Source: Candidatus Latescibacterota bacterium
Lineage (GTDB): Bacteria; Latescibacterota; UBA2968; UBA8231
Assembly: GCA_965204725.1 (NCBI GenBank)
Contig: OZ242005.1
Location: forward strand, 3,968,001-4,032,000
Length of the DNA stretch: 64,000 nt
Direction of reading: 5' to 3'
Shown here: positions 27,806 through 37,995 of the stretch, piece after piece
Position numbering within the stretch: position 1 is the stretch's first letter
Layout of the letters: each line of letters starts with the position of its first letter
Notes under the pieces: model-generated
The model's input: only the letters and a program-made list of their open reading frames with translations
Told to the model about the DNA's origin: nothing
Database searches by the model: none
Program-made: the position numbers and the translations under genes

Positions 27806-29551
27806 ATGACAGCCCAAGCCTTCGCCGTCCTCCTCCTATTCGCCTTACCCCTGCAAGCCAAAACTCGGATTGAAGCAGCTTATGCAGCCGGCGAACTCGA
27901 CTTGGAAACGGCCTTGATCTACCAAGTTCTCAGCGTACGCGCTCCCGACCAACTGCCGGCCGTGTACCGAGAGTCTGGCGAGCGGGCGGTTTGCGGAACC
28001 CCGCACCTAGTCCAAGCCATGAGCGCGGCCCCCGAGCTGAGTGCCGAGTACCGCACGCGCTTGGGCAAGCTGGCGCAGCGTCGGCCGGATGTCCAACACA
28101 ATCTCCTCTCGCCATCCGGGCGCTTTCGCGTCCATTACGATACCCAAGGCGTCAACGCGGTTTCGCCTACGGACGACGACGCCAACAACATCCCGGACTA
28201 CATCGACCTCACTATGGCCGTCCTCGACAGCATTTGGGTCCTCGAAATCGAGCAACTCGGCTACAATCCACCTCCTTCGGACAACGGCTTGGGCGGTGGA
28301 GACGAATACGACGCTTACGTCGTCGAGCTAAACGGGAGCTATTACGGGTTCGCCTATCCTCAGACGGCCGGCGCGATCACTACCCACAGCTACCTCGAAA
28401 TCGACAACGACTTTACCGATCCGGGCTATAAGCAGACTCGGGGGCTGGACGCCCTGCGGGTGACCATCGCCCACGAGTTCCACCACGCCATTCAGTTCGG
28501 CTACTACGCGAAATTCGACGGCAGTTGGTGGCAGGAATCAACCTCGACTTGGATGGAGGAAGTGGCCTATCCGCACATCGACGATTATCTCCAGTACTTG
28601 ACCTACTTCCTCAGCGAACCCCAACGCGCCTTCAACTCCGGCGTTTATCGCAGCCTCCACACCTACGGCTCGGCGATCTTTTCTTATTTCCTCGATCAGC
28701 GCTACGGCCGCGCACTCAACCGCCAGATCTGGGAGGAAATAGGCGAGCGCAAAAGCGTCCACCTCGACCACTTCGACCGCGTCCTCCGCCAAGTCGAGCC
28801 GGGCGGCCTCGGCGTCGCCGTGGGCGAATTTGCCGTGTGGAACTATTTCACGAACAACCGACACCGAGACCAATTCTACGCCGAAGGAGACAAATACCCC
28901 ACCGTCCCCACCCGCGACATTGCCGTCGCAGCCGAATCAGTCAGCCGCGACACCAGCCTGATCCATCCCACCGGCAGCGTCTATCTGCGTCTTCAGCCGC
29001 ACCTGCGCCCGGGCGGCGTCAACCTGTTCTGGGACGCCGACCAAGGGGCGTGGCGTCGCCATTTGCTCTTGATCAGCCCCGACAGCGTCGCCGTGCAAGC
29101 GATCTCCGAGCCGACGACCCAAATCATCGACTGGGATCGGTTCGACGAGATCGTCCTCGTCGCCTCGTCGGCCGAGCACACGGGCTTGGCCTACCAGCAC
29201 TTCTTTACCGCGCAGTTCGACCCCAGCCTGACCGACCCCGGCCAATCAGCCCCCCTCGCCACCCTACTCCAGCCCAACTACCCCAACCCTTTCCGCCCCG
29301 GCCACCACCAGCACACCCGATTGGCCTTCGACTTAGCTTTCCCCAGCCGAAAAACCCGCCTCGCGCTCTTTACCGCCAACGGCACACTCGTCTGGGAGCA
29401 AGACTTAGGTGAGCGGCGGGCAGACGAACACGCCGTGCTGTGGGATGGGCGCAACGCCGCCGGCCATCCCGTCGCCAGCGGCATCTATCACCTGCTCCTC
29501 GAAGCCGACGGCACAGCCGCCAAGCGCACGATAGCGGTAGTGCGCGATTGA
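27806..29551 (+). CDS. Secreted zinc metalloprotease (MXAN_6640-like) with C-terminal FlgD Ig-like domain, paralog 1
   Basis: Signal peptide, CGTP, AHEFHHAIQ, WWQES; C-terminal NYPNPF...WDGRN...ASGIY. Confidence 0.85.
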   Translation: MTAQAFAVLLLFALPLQAKTRIEAAYAAGELDLETALIYQVLSVRAPDQLPAVYRESGERAVCGTPHLVQAMSAAPELSAEYRTRLGKLAQRRPDVQHNLLSPSGRFRVHYDTQGVNAVSPTDDDANNIPDYIDLTMAVLDSIWVLEIEQLGYNPPPSDNGLGGGDEYDAYVVELNGSYYGFAYPQTAGAITTHSYLEIDNDFTDPGYKQTRGLDALRVTIAHEFHHAIQFGYYAKFDGSWWQESTSTWMEEVAYPHIDDYLQYLTYFLSEPQRAFNSGVYRSLHTYGSAIFSYFLDQRYGRALNRQIWEEIGERKSVHLDHFDRVLRQVEPGGLGVAVGEFAVWNYFTNNRHRDQFYAEGDKYPTVPTRDIAVAAESVSRDTSLIHPTGSVYLRLQPHLRPGGVNLFWDADQGAWRRHLLLISPDSVAVQAISEPTTQIIDWDRFDEIVLVASSAEHTGLAYQHFFTAQFDPSLTDPGQSAPLATLLQPNYPNPFRPGHHQHTRLAFDLAFPSRKTRLALFTANGTLVWEQDLGERRADEHAVLWDGRNAAGHPVASGIYHLLLEADGTAAKRTIAVVRD

Positions 29552-29584
29552 AGGGATCAAACTCGCCAGCCGACATCTAAGAGT

Positions 29585-29636
29585 CCGGGAGGGAGGGCGT
29601 CCCGCCCTCCACGAGGACAGGATGTCCTCGATCCTT
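29585..29636. repeat. REP-like double hairpin
   Basis: GAGGGCGTCCCGCCCTC and GAGGACAGGATGTCCTC; inverse copy at 41571-41625. Confidence 0.65.
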
Positions 29637-29666
29637 AGGAAGGCGGGTATCGCGGGGAATTATTCC

Positions 29667-31373
29667 ATGCTTCTGACGCTGGTTATCGGAATAGTGCTCT
29701 TTACAGCACATAGCAATCACGCGGAAGCACCGACGCAGCACTCCCCGACCGCGCTGCGCTGCGGCACCCCCTACTTGCTCCAAGCTATGGACGAGATCAG
29801 CGAGCACCAGCGTCTAAAACTCGTGCAGCAGCGACCTAGCACTCAGCACAGCTTGCTAACGCCCTCCGGCCATTTCCGCGTCCACTACGACACTGAGGGC
29901 AGCGACGCGGTTGATCCCGACGATGACGATACCAACGGCATCCCGGACTACATCGACCTAGCGGCCACTGTCCTTGATAGCACTTGGGCGTTGGAAGTCG
30001 AACAACTCGGCTACAACTCGCCTCCTTCGGACAACGGCTTGGGCGGTGGCGACGAATACGATGTTTACGTTATAGACTTAAACGGCGTCGTTTACGGCTA
30101 CACCTATAGAGGAGAACAAAGCGGATACACCTCCCACAGCTACATTGAAATCGACAACAACTTTACCGATCCGGGCTACAAGCAGACTCGCGGGCTAGAC
30201 GCTCTGCGCGTGACCATCGCCCACGAGTTTCACCACGCCATCCAATTTGGTTACTACGCGAAGGCCGACGGCTGTTGGTGGCAGGAATCGACCGCAACGT
30301 GGATGGAGGAAATGGCCTATCCGCACATCGACGATTATCTCCAGTACTTGCCCCACTTTCTCGATGAACCCTACCTCGCCCTCAACTCCGGTGCGTGTGG
30401 CAGCAACCACACCTACGGCTCTGCCATATTTTCCCACTTCCTCGATCAGCACTACGGCCCCGCGCTCAAACCCCTGATCCGGGAAGAGTTGAAACAGCAC
30501 CCACCGAATCGCATCGCGCTACGGGCACGGTCGCATCTCAACCGCCTGATCTGGGAGGAAATAGGCGAGCGCAAAAGCGTCCACCTCGACCACTTCGACC
30601 GCGTCCTCCGCCAAGTCGAGCCGGGCGGACTCGGCGTCGCCGTGGGCGAATTTGCCGTCTGGAACTATTTCACCAACAACCGCCACCGAGACCAATTCTA
30701 CGCCGAAGGGGACAAATACCCCACCGTCCCCACCCGCGACATTGCCGTCGCAGCCGAAGCGGTCAGCCGCGACACCAGCCTAATCCATGCCACCGGCAGC
30801 GTCTATCTGCGTCTTCAGCCGCACCTGCGCCCGGGCGGCGTCAACCTGTTCTGGGACGCCGACCAAGGGGCGTGGCGTCGCCATTTGCTCTTGATCGGCC
30901 CCGACAGCGTCGCCATCCAAGCGGTCTCCGAGCCGACAGTCCAAATCATCGACTGGGACCGGTTCGACGAGATCGTCCTCGTCGCCTCGTCGGCCGAGCG
31001 CACGGGCTTGGCCTACCAGCACTTCTTTGCCGCACAGTTCGACCCCAGTCTGACCGACCCCGGCCAATCAGCCCCTCTCGCCACCCTCCTCCAGCCCAAC
31101 TACCCCAACCCCTTCCGCCCCGGCCACCACCAGCACACTCGGCTGGCCTTCGACTTAGCCTTCCCCAGCCAAAAAACCCGCCTCGCGCTCTTTACCGCCA
31201 ACGGCACACTCGTCTGGGAGCAAGACTTAGGCGAGCGTCGGGCGGACGAACACGCCGTGCTGTGGGATGGGCGCAACGCCGCCGGCCATCCTGTCGCCAG
31301 CGGCATCTACCACCTGCTCCTTGAAGCCGACGGCACCGCCGCCAAGCGCACGATAGCGGTAGTGCGCGATTGA
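29667..31373 (+). CDS. Secreted zinc metalloprotease (MXAN_6640-like) with FlgD Ig-like domain, paralog 2
   Basis: Same motifs as paralog 1; last 837 nt near-identical to 28715-29551. Confidence 0.85.
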   Translation: MLLTLVIGIVLFTAHSNHAEAPTQHSPTALRCGTPYLLQAMDEISEHQRLKLVQQRPSTQHSLLTPSGHFRVHYDTEGSDAVDPDDDDTNGIPDYIDLAATVLDSTWALEVEQLGYNSPPSDNGLGGGDEYDVYVIDLNGVVYGYTYRGEQSGYTSHSYIEIDNNFTDPGYKQTRGLDALRVTIAHEFHHAIQFGYYAKADGCWWQESTATWMEEMAYPHIDDYLQYLPHFLDEPYLALNSGACGSNHTYGSAIFSHFLDQHYGPALKPLIREELKQHPPNRIALRARSHLNRLIWEEIGERKSVHLDHFDRVLRQVEPGGLGVAVGEFAVWNYFTNNRHRDQFYAEGDKYPTVPTRDIAVAAEAVSRDTSLIHATGSVYLRLQPHLRPGGVNLFWDADQGAWRRHLLLIGPDSVAIQAVSEPTVQIIDWDRFDEIVLVASSAERTGLAYQHFFAAQFDPSLTDPGQSAPLATLLQPNYPNPFRPGHHQHTRLAFDLAFPSQKTRLALFTANGTLVWEQDLGERRADEHAVLWDGRNAAGHPVASGIYHLLLEADGTAAKRTIAVVRD

Positions 31374-31412
31374 GGAGCCATCTGCAAGTTCCAGCGTTGA
31401 CTATCGCGCTGT

Positions 31413-31447
31413 GATGACATACAGTAATGCCCAAATTATATGTCATC
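31413..31447. promoter_or_regulatory. Inverted repeat upstream of TA operon
   Basis: GATGACATA (31413-31421) and TATGTCATC (31439-31447). Confidence 0.5.
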
Positions 31448-31461
31448 TATGGAGGCAACTG

Positions 31462-31812
31462 ATGCAAACCAAGATCACTCTACGCCTAGAGGAGCAATTG
31501 ATCGAACGCGCTAAGGCTCACGCCAAAAAGCGGGGCAAGTCCGTATCGCAGATGGTGGCCGACTATTTCGCGCTGCTGGACCGGGACGATCAACCGGAGA
31601 CCTTGGCACCGATCACTCGTTCTTTATACGGCACCTTAGGGGGCACTGCGGTCAACGAGAATACATACCGCGAACATCTCGAGGAAAATGTCCAGCCACA
31701 GGCCCACCATACTCACCGCACCAAGGAAGTCCGGTTGGGAGGTTGCCTGATCGATAGCATTGACGATGTTGCTCAAGCCCTGTCCATCGCAGAGGGAGAA
31801 GACGCTCAGTGA
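31462..31812 (+). CDS. Antitoxin (DUF6364-like N-terminus, VapB-like C-terminal extension)
   Basis: ATG 31462 with GGAGG; TKITLRLEEQLIERAKAHAKKRGKSVSQMV; overlaps vapC start (GTGA). Confidence 0.75.
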   Translation: MQTKITLRLEEQLIERAKAHAKKRGKSVSQMVADYFALLDRDDQPETLAPITRSLYGTLGGTAVNENTYREHLEENVQPQAHHTHRTKEVRLGGCLIDSIDDVAQALSIAEGEDAQ

Positions 31813-32249
31813 GGCTGGTCGATGCCAACCTCTTGGTATATGCTCATGTCGTCGACTTTGCCCAACACCGCGCTGCACTCACTTGGCTCGACGACAAGCT
31901 AAACGACACAACGCCACTCGGTCTGCCGTGGTCCAGCCTGCTGGCATTCGCCCGTCTAGTATCCAATCCCCGCATTTTTGAACGCCCCGAATCCATAGAA
32001 ATAGCTTGGCAACAGGTCGAGTCTTGGCTCGACGCTCCCGCTAGCTGGATACCGCCAGCCACCGACCACCACCGGAAAGTCCTAGCCCAGTTGCTTAAAA
32101 CACAGGGCCTGCGTGCCAACCACATACCCGACGTCCATCTCGCTGCACTCGCCATTGAGCACGGCTTGACCCTTTGCTCTACCGACACTGTCTTCGCCCG
32201 CTTTCCCGGCCTGAGTTGGGAAAATCCCCTCGTCAATCTAGAGTTCTGA
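31809..32249 (+). CDS. vapC: VapC-family PIN ribonuclease toxin
   Basis: LVDANLLVYA, PDVHLAALAIEHG, STDTVFARF. Confidence 0.9.
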   Translation: MRLVDANLLVYAHVVDFAQHRAALTWLDDKLNDTTPLGLPWSSLLAFARLVSNPRIFERPESIEIAWQQVESWLDAPASWIPPATDHHRKVLAQLLKTQGLRANHIPDVHLAALAIEHGLTLCSTDTVFARFPGLSWENPLVNLEF

Positions 32250-32252
32250 ATT

Positions 32253-34184
32253 TTGTCTGCACCCCCACGTCGCGTCTCCCTCCGCGCCATTGCCATTGGA
32301 GCCATCGGTTGCCTCGCCATCGCCGTGGGCGAACCTTTTGGCGTCTTGGTGATGCAAAGCTCGCCCATGGCCGCCGACTACTCGACCGGCGCGGCCCTCT
32401 TCTTGTTTTTTCTTTTTACCCTGCTCATCAACCCGCTCGCCCAATGGCTCACCGGCTCCAGCCTGCACACCGGCGAATTGGCCACCGTGTACATAATGAT
32501 GGTCGTGGGGGCCGCCATTCCCTCTTGGGGCCTGACCATGAACCTGATCCCGCTCCTCGGCGGGTTCTTTTACTACGCCACCCCGGAAAACGACTGGGTC
32601 AACACCATCCAGCCCTATATCTCGCGGCTCCTCGTGCCGGAAGACAGCGCGGCCATCCAAAAGCTGTTTGAAGGCAAGGCCCAAGGCGAACGCATTCCTT
32701 GGGGCGCTTGGGCAACGCCGCTCATGGCGTGGAGCTTGTTTGTCGTCAACATGTACTTCTCCACGCTGTGCGTGCTCGTCGTGCTGCGCAAGCAGTGGGT
32801 CGAGCGCGAGCGGCTCAATTTCCCGCTGGCCACCTTGCCCATAGCAATGAGTACGCACGCCAAGGACCGAGCCGTCGCGCCCTTTTACCGCAATTACCTG
32901 ACTTGGGTCGGCTTTGCCATCCCCGCGCTCATCGGCTCGGTCAACGCCCTGCACCGCTATTTCAACTTCGTCCCACCGATCGACCTAAACCTCTGGGTGC
33001 CCTTTTTGCGCCGCTCTATCTGGGTCAACTTTCGCCCGCACTTCGAGGTCATCGGTCTCTCCTACTTGCTCAACCTCGACATCTCTATGGGCGTGTGGTT
33101 TTTCGCCCTGCTCAACATGCTGGCTATCGGCTTGTGCCGCATGACCGGGTGGAACATCGGCCCGGAGCAGCCCTATTCCTCGCCCTCCCCGCCCAGCCTC
33201 GCCCACATTGCCCTCGGTGCGTTGTTCTTTCTCGTGCTGTCCAGCTTGTGGAGCGGGCGGCAGCATGTGCGCCAAGTCTGGCGCAAGGCCCTGCGCGGCG
33301 ACGACTCCATCGACGACAGCGGGGAATTGCTCTCGTACCGGGTCGCGGTTTTTGGATTTATCGCCAGCTTTCTCCTCGGCCTGTTCGCGCTCTACGCGAC
33401 CAACATGAACCTGCCGACCGCCTTTGTCTTTCAGCTTTCGGCCCTCGTGATCTTCGTCGGCTTGGCGCGCATCATCTCGCAGGCCGGGCTGGCCTATTGC
33501 CGCGCTCCAGTGGCTCCGGCCGTGTTTACCGTCAACACGCTCGGATCGTCGTCGGTGGGGGCTCCAGGACTGACAGCGCTGGCCCTCAACTTCCCGTGGT
33601 CGGCCGACATCCGCACCTTTGTCATGGCCTCGGCCGCTACGGGCCTCAAGCTGGCGGAAGTGACGCGCTTGGAGTATCGGCGCGTGTTCTGGGCCATTGC
33701 CACGGCCATTGTCGTCACCCTCGTCGGCTCAATCGCCGCGGTCATCCACCTCGCGTACACCTACGGCGGCATCAACCTGAGCAGTTGGCAATTCGGCTAT
33801 ATGACGACCTATACCGGCAACTGGATTACCAACAACATCAACAACATGCAGCCCACCCACGTATGGCACCTATCCTTTGCCGGCCTCGGCGCGTTCTTGA
33901 TGGGGCTGTTGACGTTTGTGAAGAATCGCTTCGTCGGCTTTCCCATTCACCCCATCGGCTTGGCCATCGGGCTGCCGCATCCCGTGCAGCTAATCTGGCC
34001 GTCGGTCTTTATGGCTTGGCTGCTCAAGGCACTCATTCTCAAATACGGCGGCCCCCGGCTCTACACGCGCCTGCGACCATTCTTTTTGGGGCTGGTGCTA
34101 GGCGCGTTTGGCACAGCCGGCCTCTGGCTCATCATCGACTCCTTCACCGGCCTGACGGGCAACCGGCTGATTACCATTACCTAG
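32253..34184 (+). CDS. Polytopic membrane protein (DUF6785/DUF6784-like putative transporter)
   Basis: Many TM segments; LRKQWVERERLNFPL, PIHPIG, LKYGG...RPFFLGL. Confidence 0.75.
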   Translation: MSAPPRRVSLRAIAIGAIGCLAIAVGEPFGVLVMQSSPMAADYSTGAALFLFFLFTLLINPLAQWLTGSSLHTGELATVYIMMVVGAAIPSWGLTMNLIPLLGGFFYYATPENDWVNTIQPYISRLLVPEDSAAIQKLFEGKAQGERIPWGAWATPLMAWSLFVVNMYFSTLCVLVVLRKQWVERERLNFPLATLPIAMSTHAKDRAVAPFYRNYLTWVGFAIPALIGSVNALHRYFNFVPPIDLNLWVPFLRRSIWVNFRPHFEVIGLSYLLNLDISMGVWFFALLNMLAIGLCRMTGWNIGPEQPYSSPSPPSLAHIALGALFFLVLSSLWSGRQHVRQVWRKALRGDDSIDDSGELLSYRVAVFGFIASFLLGLFALYATNMNLPTAFVFQLSALVIFVGLARIISQAGLAYCRAPVAPAVFTVNTLGSSSVGAPGLTALALNFPWSADIRTFVMASAATGLKLAEVTRLEYRRVFWAIATAIVVTLVGSIAAVIHLAYTYGGINLSSWQFGYMTTYTGNWITNNINNMQPTHVWHLSFAGLGAFLMGLLTFVKNRFVGFPIHPIGLAIGLPHPVQLIWPSVFMAWLLKALILKYGGPRLYTRLRPFFLGLVLGAFGTAGLWLIIDSFTGLTGNRLITIT

Positions 34185-35232
34185 TGCTGTCTCCCGCTCC
34201 ATGATCAATGCCGAGCTTGATCGAACGCTCGGGATGCTGGTTGATCTCCATATAAGCGTCGGCCGCCTGCACAAAGGGCACAATCGGGTCAATGAGGTCG
34301 TCGGCCTGCAACCGGCCTTCGACCAACAGGGCCAGCGACTCCGCACGGATGCGGGCGAAATTCCAGCTCGCCTGCGGCAAAGGCTCGCTGCAAGCGCGGC
34401 TGGAGACGACCTGAATGCGGTTGCGGTGCCACTCGCCAGCCAAGCGCAAGCCCTGCTCGCCGTGGTAATACGCGGTTGAGACCAAGGTGCCGGCGTAGCA
34501 AGTGGCGCGCAGGGCGTCTTCAAAGGCTCGGTAGGAACCGCTCGTTTCAAAGGCGATATCCGCGCCGATTTTGTCGGTGTGCTGCTTGATTTCCAAGCCG
34601 GCGTCCATGGTCACCGGGTCCAGCGCCAAGTCGGCGCGGTGGCGCAGGGCCGCGGCGCGCCGGCGCTCAATGGGATCGACGACCGCGACCCAACGCGCTC
34701 CGCACAGGCGTGCGGCTTGGGCGACCATCAGCCCGATGGCACCGAGTCCAAAGACCGCGACGCGATCCCCCAAGCGCACGGCACCATCGCGCACCGCGCC
34801 GACGGCAAAATCGGCCGGGTCCCAATACATGACGGCTTGCGGCGAGATCCCGTCTGGGGCCTTTTGCACACGCGCCGCCGCTACGGTGTGCGTTTCGCGG
34901 ATGGGCAAATGCGCGAAGACCCGGTCGCCTTCTCGCAGCGTAGCGACCTCGGCCCCCACTTGGACGACCGCGCCCAAGCATATATTGCCGAGGCGACGGG
35001 GGAAGCCACCGGCGGCCGATTCGCCGCGGCGGTGCAGCCGCAGTTCGCCATCCCAGCGGTCAGATGCGTCGGGCGTGTCGGCGCGGAAGCCGCGTAACTC
35101 GGTGCCGTGCTTAACCGAACTGAAGAGGCTTTGGACGCGGATTTCGTCCGGGGCTAAGGGCGGTTCTTGGTACGAGCTGAAGACCACGTGGCCGGGGCGG
35201 TCGGCGATCAATTCGAGCGGCATGAGGTACAC
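34177..35232 (-). CDS. Medium-chain (zinc-binding ADH-like) dehydrogenase
   Basis: HGTE, GLGAIG Rossmann motif, FETSGS. Confidence 0.85.
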   Translation of the reverse strand: MYLMPLELIADRPGHVVFSSYQEPPLAPDEIRVQSLFSSVKHGTELRGFRADTPDASDRWDGELRLHRRGESAAGGFPRRLGNICLGAVVQVGAEVATLREGDRVFAHLPIRETHTVAAARVQKAPDGISPQAVMYWDPADFAVGAVRDGAVRLGDRVAVFGLGAIGLMVAQAARLCGARWVAVVDPIERRRAAALRHRADLALDPVTMDAGLEIKQHTDKIGADIAFETSGSYRAFEDALRATCYAGTLVSTAYYHGEQGLRLAGEWHRNRIQVVSSRACSEPLPQASWNFARIRAESLALLVEGRLQADDLIDPIVPFVQAADAYMEINQHPERSIKLGIDHGAGDSTR

Positions 35233-35245
35233 TCCTGTTTTTGTG

Positions 35246-35364
35246 ATATAGCAGTCCTAAATGACTCGAAGGCATGTAGAGATGCTTCGACTGCGCTCAG
35301 CATGACACACAGACGGGCGCTTCGTCCCCCAGCCCTTGTCATACTGAGCAAAGCGAAGTATCTC
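35246..35364. repeat. MITE-like terminal repeat followed by inverted REP-like pair
   Basis: ATATAGCAGTCCTAAATGACTCGAA (identical to 58793-58817), then GAGATGCTTCGACTGCGCTCAGCATGAC (35279-35306) and GTCATACTGAGCAAAGCGAAGTATCTC (35338-35364). Confidence 0.7.
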
Positions 35365-35456
35365 ATACCCAAAACTCCATAAGGAGCATTGACGATGGCA
35401 AATGCAGGGCAGAACGATATTGTATTGGCGAAGGTCCTCCAACGAGATCCTATATA

Positions 35457-36575
35457 ATGAGCGCATACCAACGCTTCGCCCGCCCCCTCCTGTTCCGCTG
35501 CGATCCTGAGCGCGTCCACGAGCAAACCCTCGCGCTGGGCGAGCGGGTCGGTTCTTCCGCGCTGGGCCGCCATCTGCTTTCGAGTCTCTTTGCCTTTGCG
35601 GATGCGCGGCTGACGACCCAAGTGGGCGGCTTGCGCTTTGCCAATCCGCTGGGCATGGCGGCGGGGTTTGACAAAAATGGCCGGATGATCCAAGCACTTG
35701 CGGCCATGGGCTTTGGGTTCGTGGAGGTGGGATCGGTATCGGCCCATCCTTCGGCTGGAAATCCGCGGCCTCGGCTGTTTCGCCTGCCCTTAGACGAGGC
35801 CATCGTCGTCAACTATGGGGTGCCCAACGACGGGGCTGCGGCCGTGGCGGCCCGCGTTGCCCAACAACCGACCGCCGCCCCTGTGGGGATCAATCTCGTC
35901 GAAACCAATACCGGGCGGGCCATCGCGCCGGACGCCGTCGTCGCCGAACTGGCCTCGGCCATCGCGCCCTTTGTCGGGCGAGCCTCCTACATCGCGTTCA
36001 ACCTCAACTGCCCGAACACCTCGGCCGGGGCCAGTCCATTCAACAGCGGCCATGCCTTGGGCGACTTGCTCCGAGAATGCGCTGCCATCGACAACTTGCC
36101 GCCAATCTTTCTCAAGCTCACCGCGCACACCGATCCGGCGCGGCTCGACTGGATGCTGGAGGCGGTCGATCCGTTTGCTTTCGTCAAGGGCTTCATCTTC
36201 AACCTGCCGCCGGGAACGAATTATCCGCTTAAGTCGCCAGCCCATCTCCTCGCCTCTCTGCCCGGAACCTTGTGCGGCCGGCCCGTTCAAGCCCTGATCG
36301 ACGAAACCGTGCGCTTCTGGTACGAGCGGATCGACCGCCAGCGACACGCGATCATCGGCGTGGGCGGGATTTCATCGGCCGAGGACGCCTATCGCAAAAT
36401 TCGCCTCGGGGCTTCGCTCGTGCAGCTATATTCAGCGTTAATTTTCAAGGGTCCGGGAATCGTGCGGCAAATCAACGCGGGGTTGGCACACCTGTTAGAG
36501 CGGGATGGGTTTGCGCGGGTGGGCGACGCGGTCGGAATCGACAATCAAGCAACCACTAACCAACGTGGGCATTGA
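35457..36575 (+). CDS. pyrD: Quinone-dependent dihydroorotate dehydrogenase
   Basis: DPERVH, NPLGMAAGFDKN, GNPRPRLFRL, NLNCPNT, IIGVGGI, GASLVQLYS. Confidence 0.9.
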   Translation: MSAYQRFARPLLFRCDPERVHEQTLALGERVGSSALGRHLLSSLFAFADARLTTQVGGLRFANPLGMAAGFDKNGRMIQALAAMGFGFVEVGSVSAHPSAGNPRPRLFRLPLDEAIVVNYGVPNDGAAAVAARVAQQPTAAPVGINLVETNTGRAIAPDAVVAELASAIAPFVGRASYIAFNLNCPNTSAGASPFNSGHALGDLLRECAAIDNLPPIFLKLTAHTDPARLDWMLEAVDPFAFVKGFIFNLPPGTNYPLKSPAHLLASLPGTLCGRPVQALIDETVRFWYERIDRQRHAIIGVGGISSAEDAYRKIRLGASLVQLYSALIFKGPGIVRQINAGLAHLLERDGFARVGDAVGIDNQATTNQRGH

Positions 36576-37452
36576 CCTGCAAATCCCACTTCCGCCAGTA
36601 GTACTTGAGCGGATCGCCCTCGTCCCACTCGGCGTAAATGTTCTCCCAATCCGTAAAGTGCATGTGCGGCTCTAGCGAGTCTTCGCGCACCGGATGGCTC
36701 ATGGGCTGATAGCGGTAGTCGAGCGAGACGCGCAGGCGGTCGCCGGTTTGGTTGTCTTGGCCCTGATGAGCGGTCAGACTGTGGCATATAAGCACGTCGC
36801 CCGCCAAAAAGTCGCCGCCCGCCCACAGCGTATCCTCGGGCAGCGCGACAGCGTGGCCCCCCGCGCCCGTCGCCCTTGTAACGCCTAACTTGCCCAGCTT
36901 GTGGCTGCCGGGTGCCACCGCCAAGCTGCCCAGCGCGGCCGGGCAGTCGCCGGCCGGGATCCAAGCGGTCCACGTCTCGTCGGTGCCGCCAATGTAGAAA
37001 TTGTCTTGGTGCGGCGGGGTGGTGTGCGCGAGGGCATTGGGAAAAATTACTCGGCATATATTGCGGCTGTGGGGCAGGGCCTTCTCGCCGAAGAGCGTTG
37101 CGAACATCGCCAAGATCGCCGGATGCAAAGCCAAGGCGTTGAAGGAGCGCAACCGCTGGACATCAATGTAAAAGGCGATCCACTCGGGCGACTGGCCTTC
37201 GATGAAAAGCTGCCCGTCGCGAGCGACTCCATCCATCAAAGGTGCGCTGCGGTCGAGCCAGCCGTGCTTCCGACAAACTTCGAGGATCTGACGACGCAGG
37301 CTGAGCACCGGCTCCGAGTCCAGCAACGAGCGGAAGAACAAATAGCCCTGCTCGGCCGCACGCTCGCGCAATGCGCTGGGCGCGTCGAGCAGGGGGGTGG
37401 AATCGACGAAAGGTTCGATGTTAGTCATGGTCTGTTGGGCCATTGTGATCAC
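36556..37452 (-). CDS. PhyH-family Fe(II)/2-oxoglutarate dioxygenase
   Basis: PHQDN, TAWIP, PGSH, GDVL...H. Confidence 0.88.
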   Translation of the reverse strand: MITMAQQTMTNIEPFVDSTPLLDAPSALRERAAEQGYLFFRSLLDSEPVLSLRRQILEVCRKHGWLDRSAPLMDGVARDGQLFIEGQSPEWIAFYIDVQRLRSFNALALHPAILAMFATLFGEKALPHSRNICRVIFPNALAHTTPPHQDNFYIGGTDETWTAWIPAGDCPAALGSLAVAPGSHKLGKLGVTRATGAGGHAVALPEDTLWAGGDFLAGDVLICHSLTAHQGQDNQTGDRLRVSLDYRYQPMSHPVREDSLEPHMHFTDWENIYAEWDEGDPLKYYWRKWDLQVNAHVG

Positions 37453-37901
37453 TCCTCTGGTCTGTCTCTAAAGGCGTATAAAGTTTGAATGTACTCAGCG
37501 GAAAGTCCGTGTTCGGTAGCTCCTTGGATGACGGCGTTGAGGTATTCCTCCGAGGGCGGGTAGTGATGCCCCTGATCGAGGCGAGAAAAATACGTCCACA
37601 CTAGGCCAATCGCGGGTATTTCCAACTCGACCCGCCGGTACTTGGTCCCCTCGCTTTCGTAGTGGTCAAGGCGGGAAAAATCGCGCTCGGTCATCTCGTA
37701 CACGACGCCTTCAACGTAAGCGTCCTCGTTGAGCCGGATGCTGGCCACGCCCATGCCGCCGCGCGTGAAAGAGATCATCGGAAAGCACAACTCATAGCCT
37801 GCTAGACGCACCACAGAGTGCAGCCGGGCACCCGGGCAGCGGGCCTGCATTTGCCGCCAGAGCAAGTTGGACCCATAAGCAAAGTAGAGCAGATCAGCCA
37901 T
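37449..37901 (-). CDS. Gamma-glutamylcyclotransferase family protein
   Basis: YFAYGSNL, LDHYE, PSEEYL. Confidence 0.88.
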   Translation of the reverse strand: MADLLYFAYGSNLLWRQMQARCPGARLHSVVRLAGYELCFPMISFTRGGMGVASIRLNEDAYVEGVVYEMTERDFSRLDHYESEGTKYRRVELEIPAIGLVWTYFSRLDQGHHYPPSEEYLNAVIQGATEHGLSAEYIQTLYAFRDRPEE

Positions 37902-37995
37902 GACCAGCCTCTTGGGATTTCAAGATAAGGTGGTAGGACTTTAATGTTTTATATTACTTCGCTCAACCCACCCCTCTCATCTCCTCGGAGGAATC

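Noticed and set aside
32699-34204. 501-aa alternative-frame ORF
   Set aside because: Arg/Pro-rich shadow frame within the membrane protein gene
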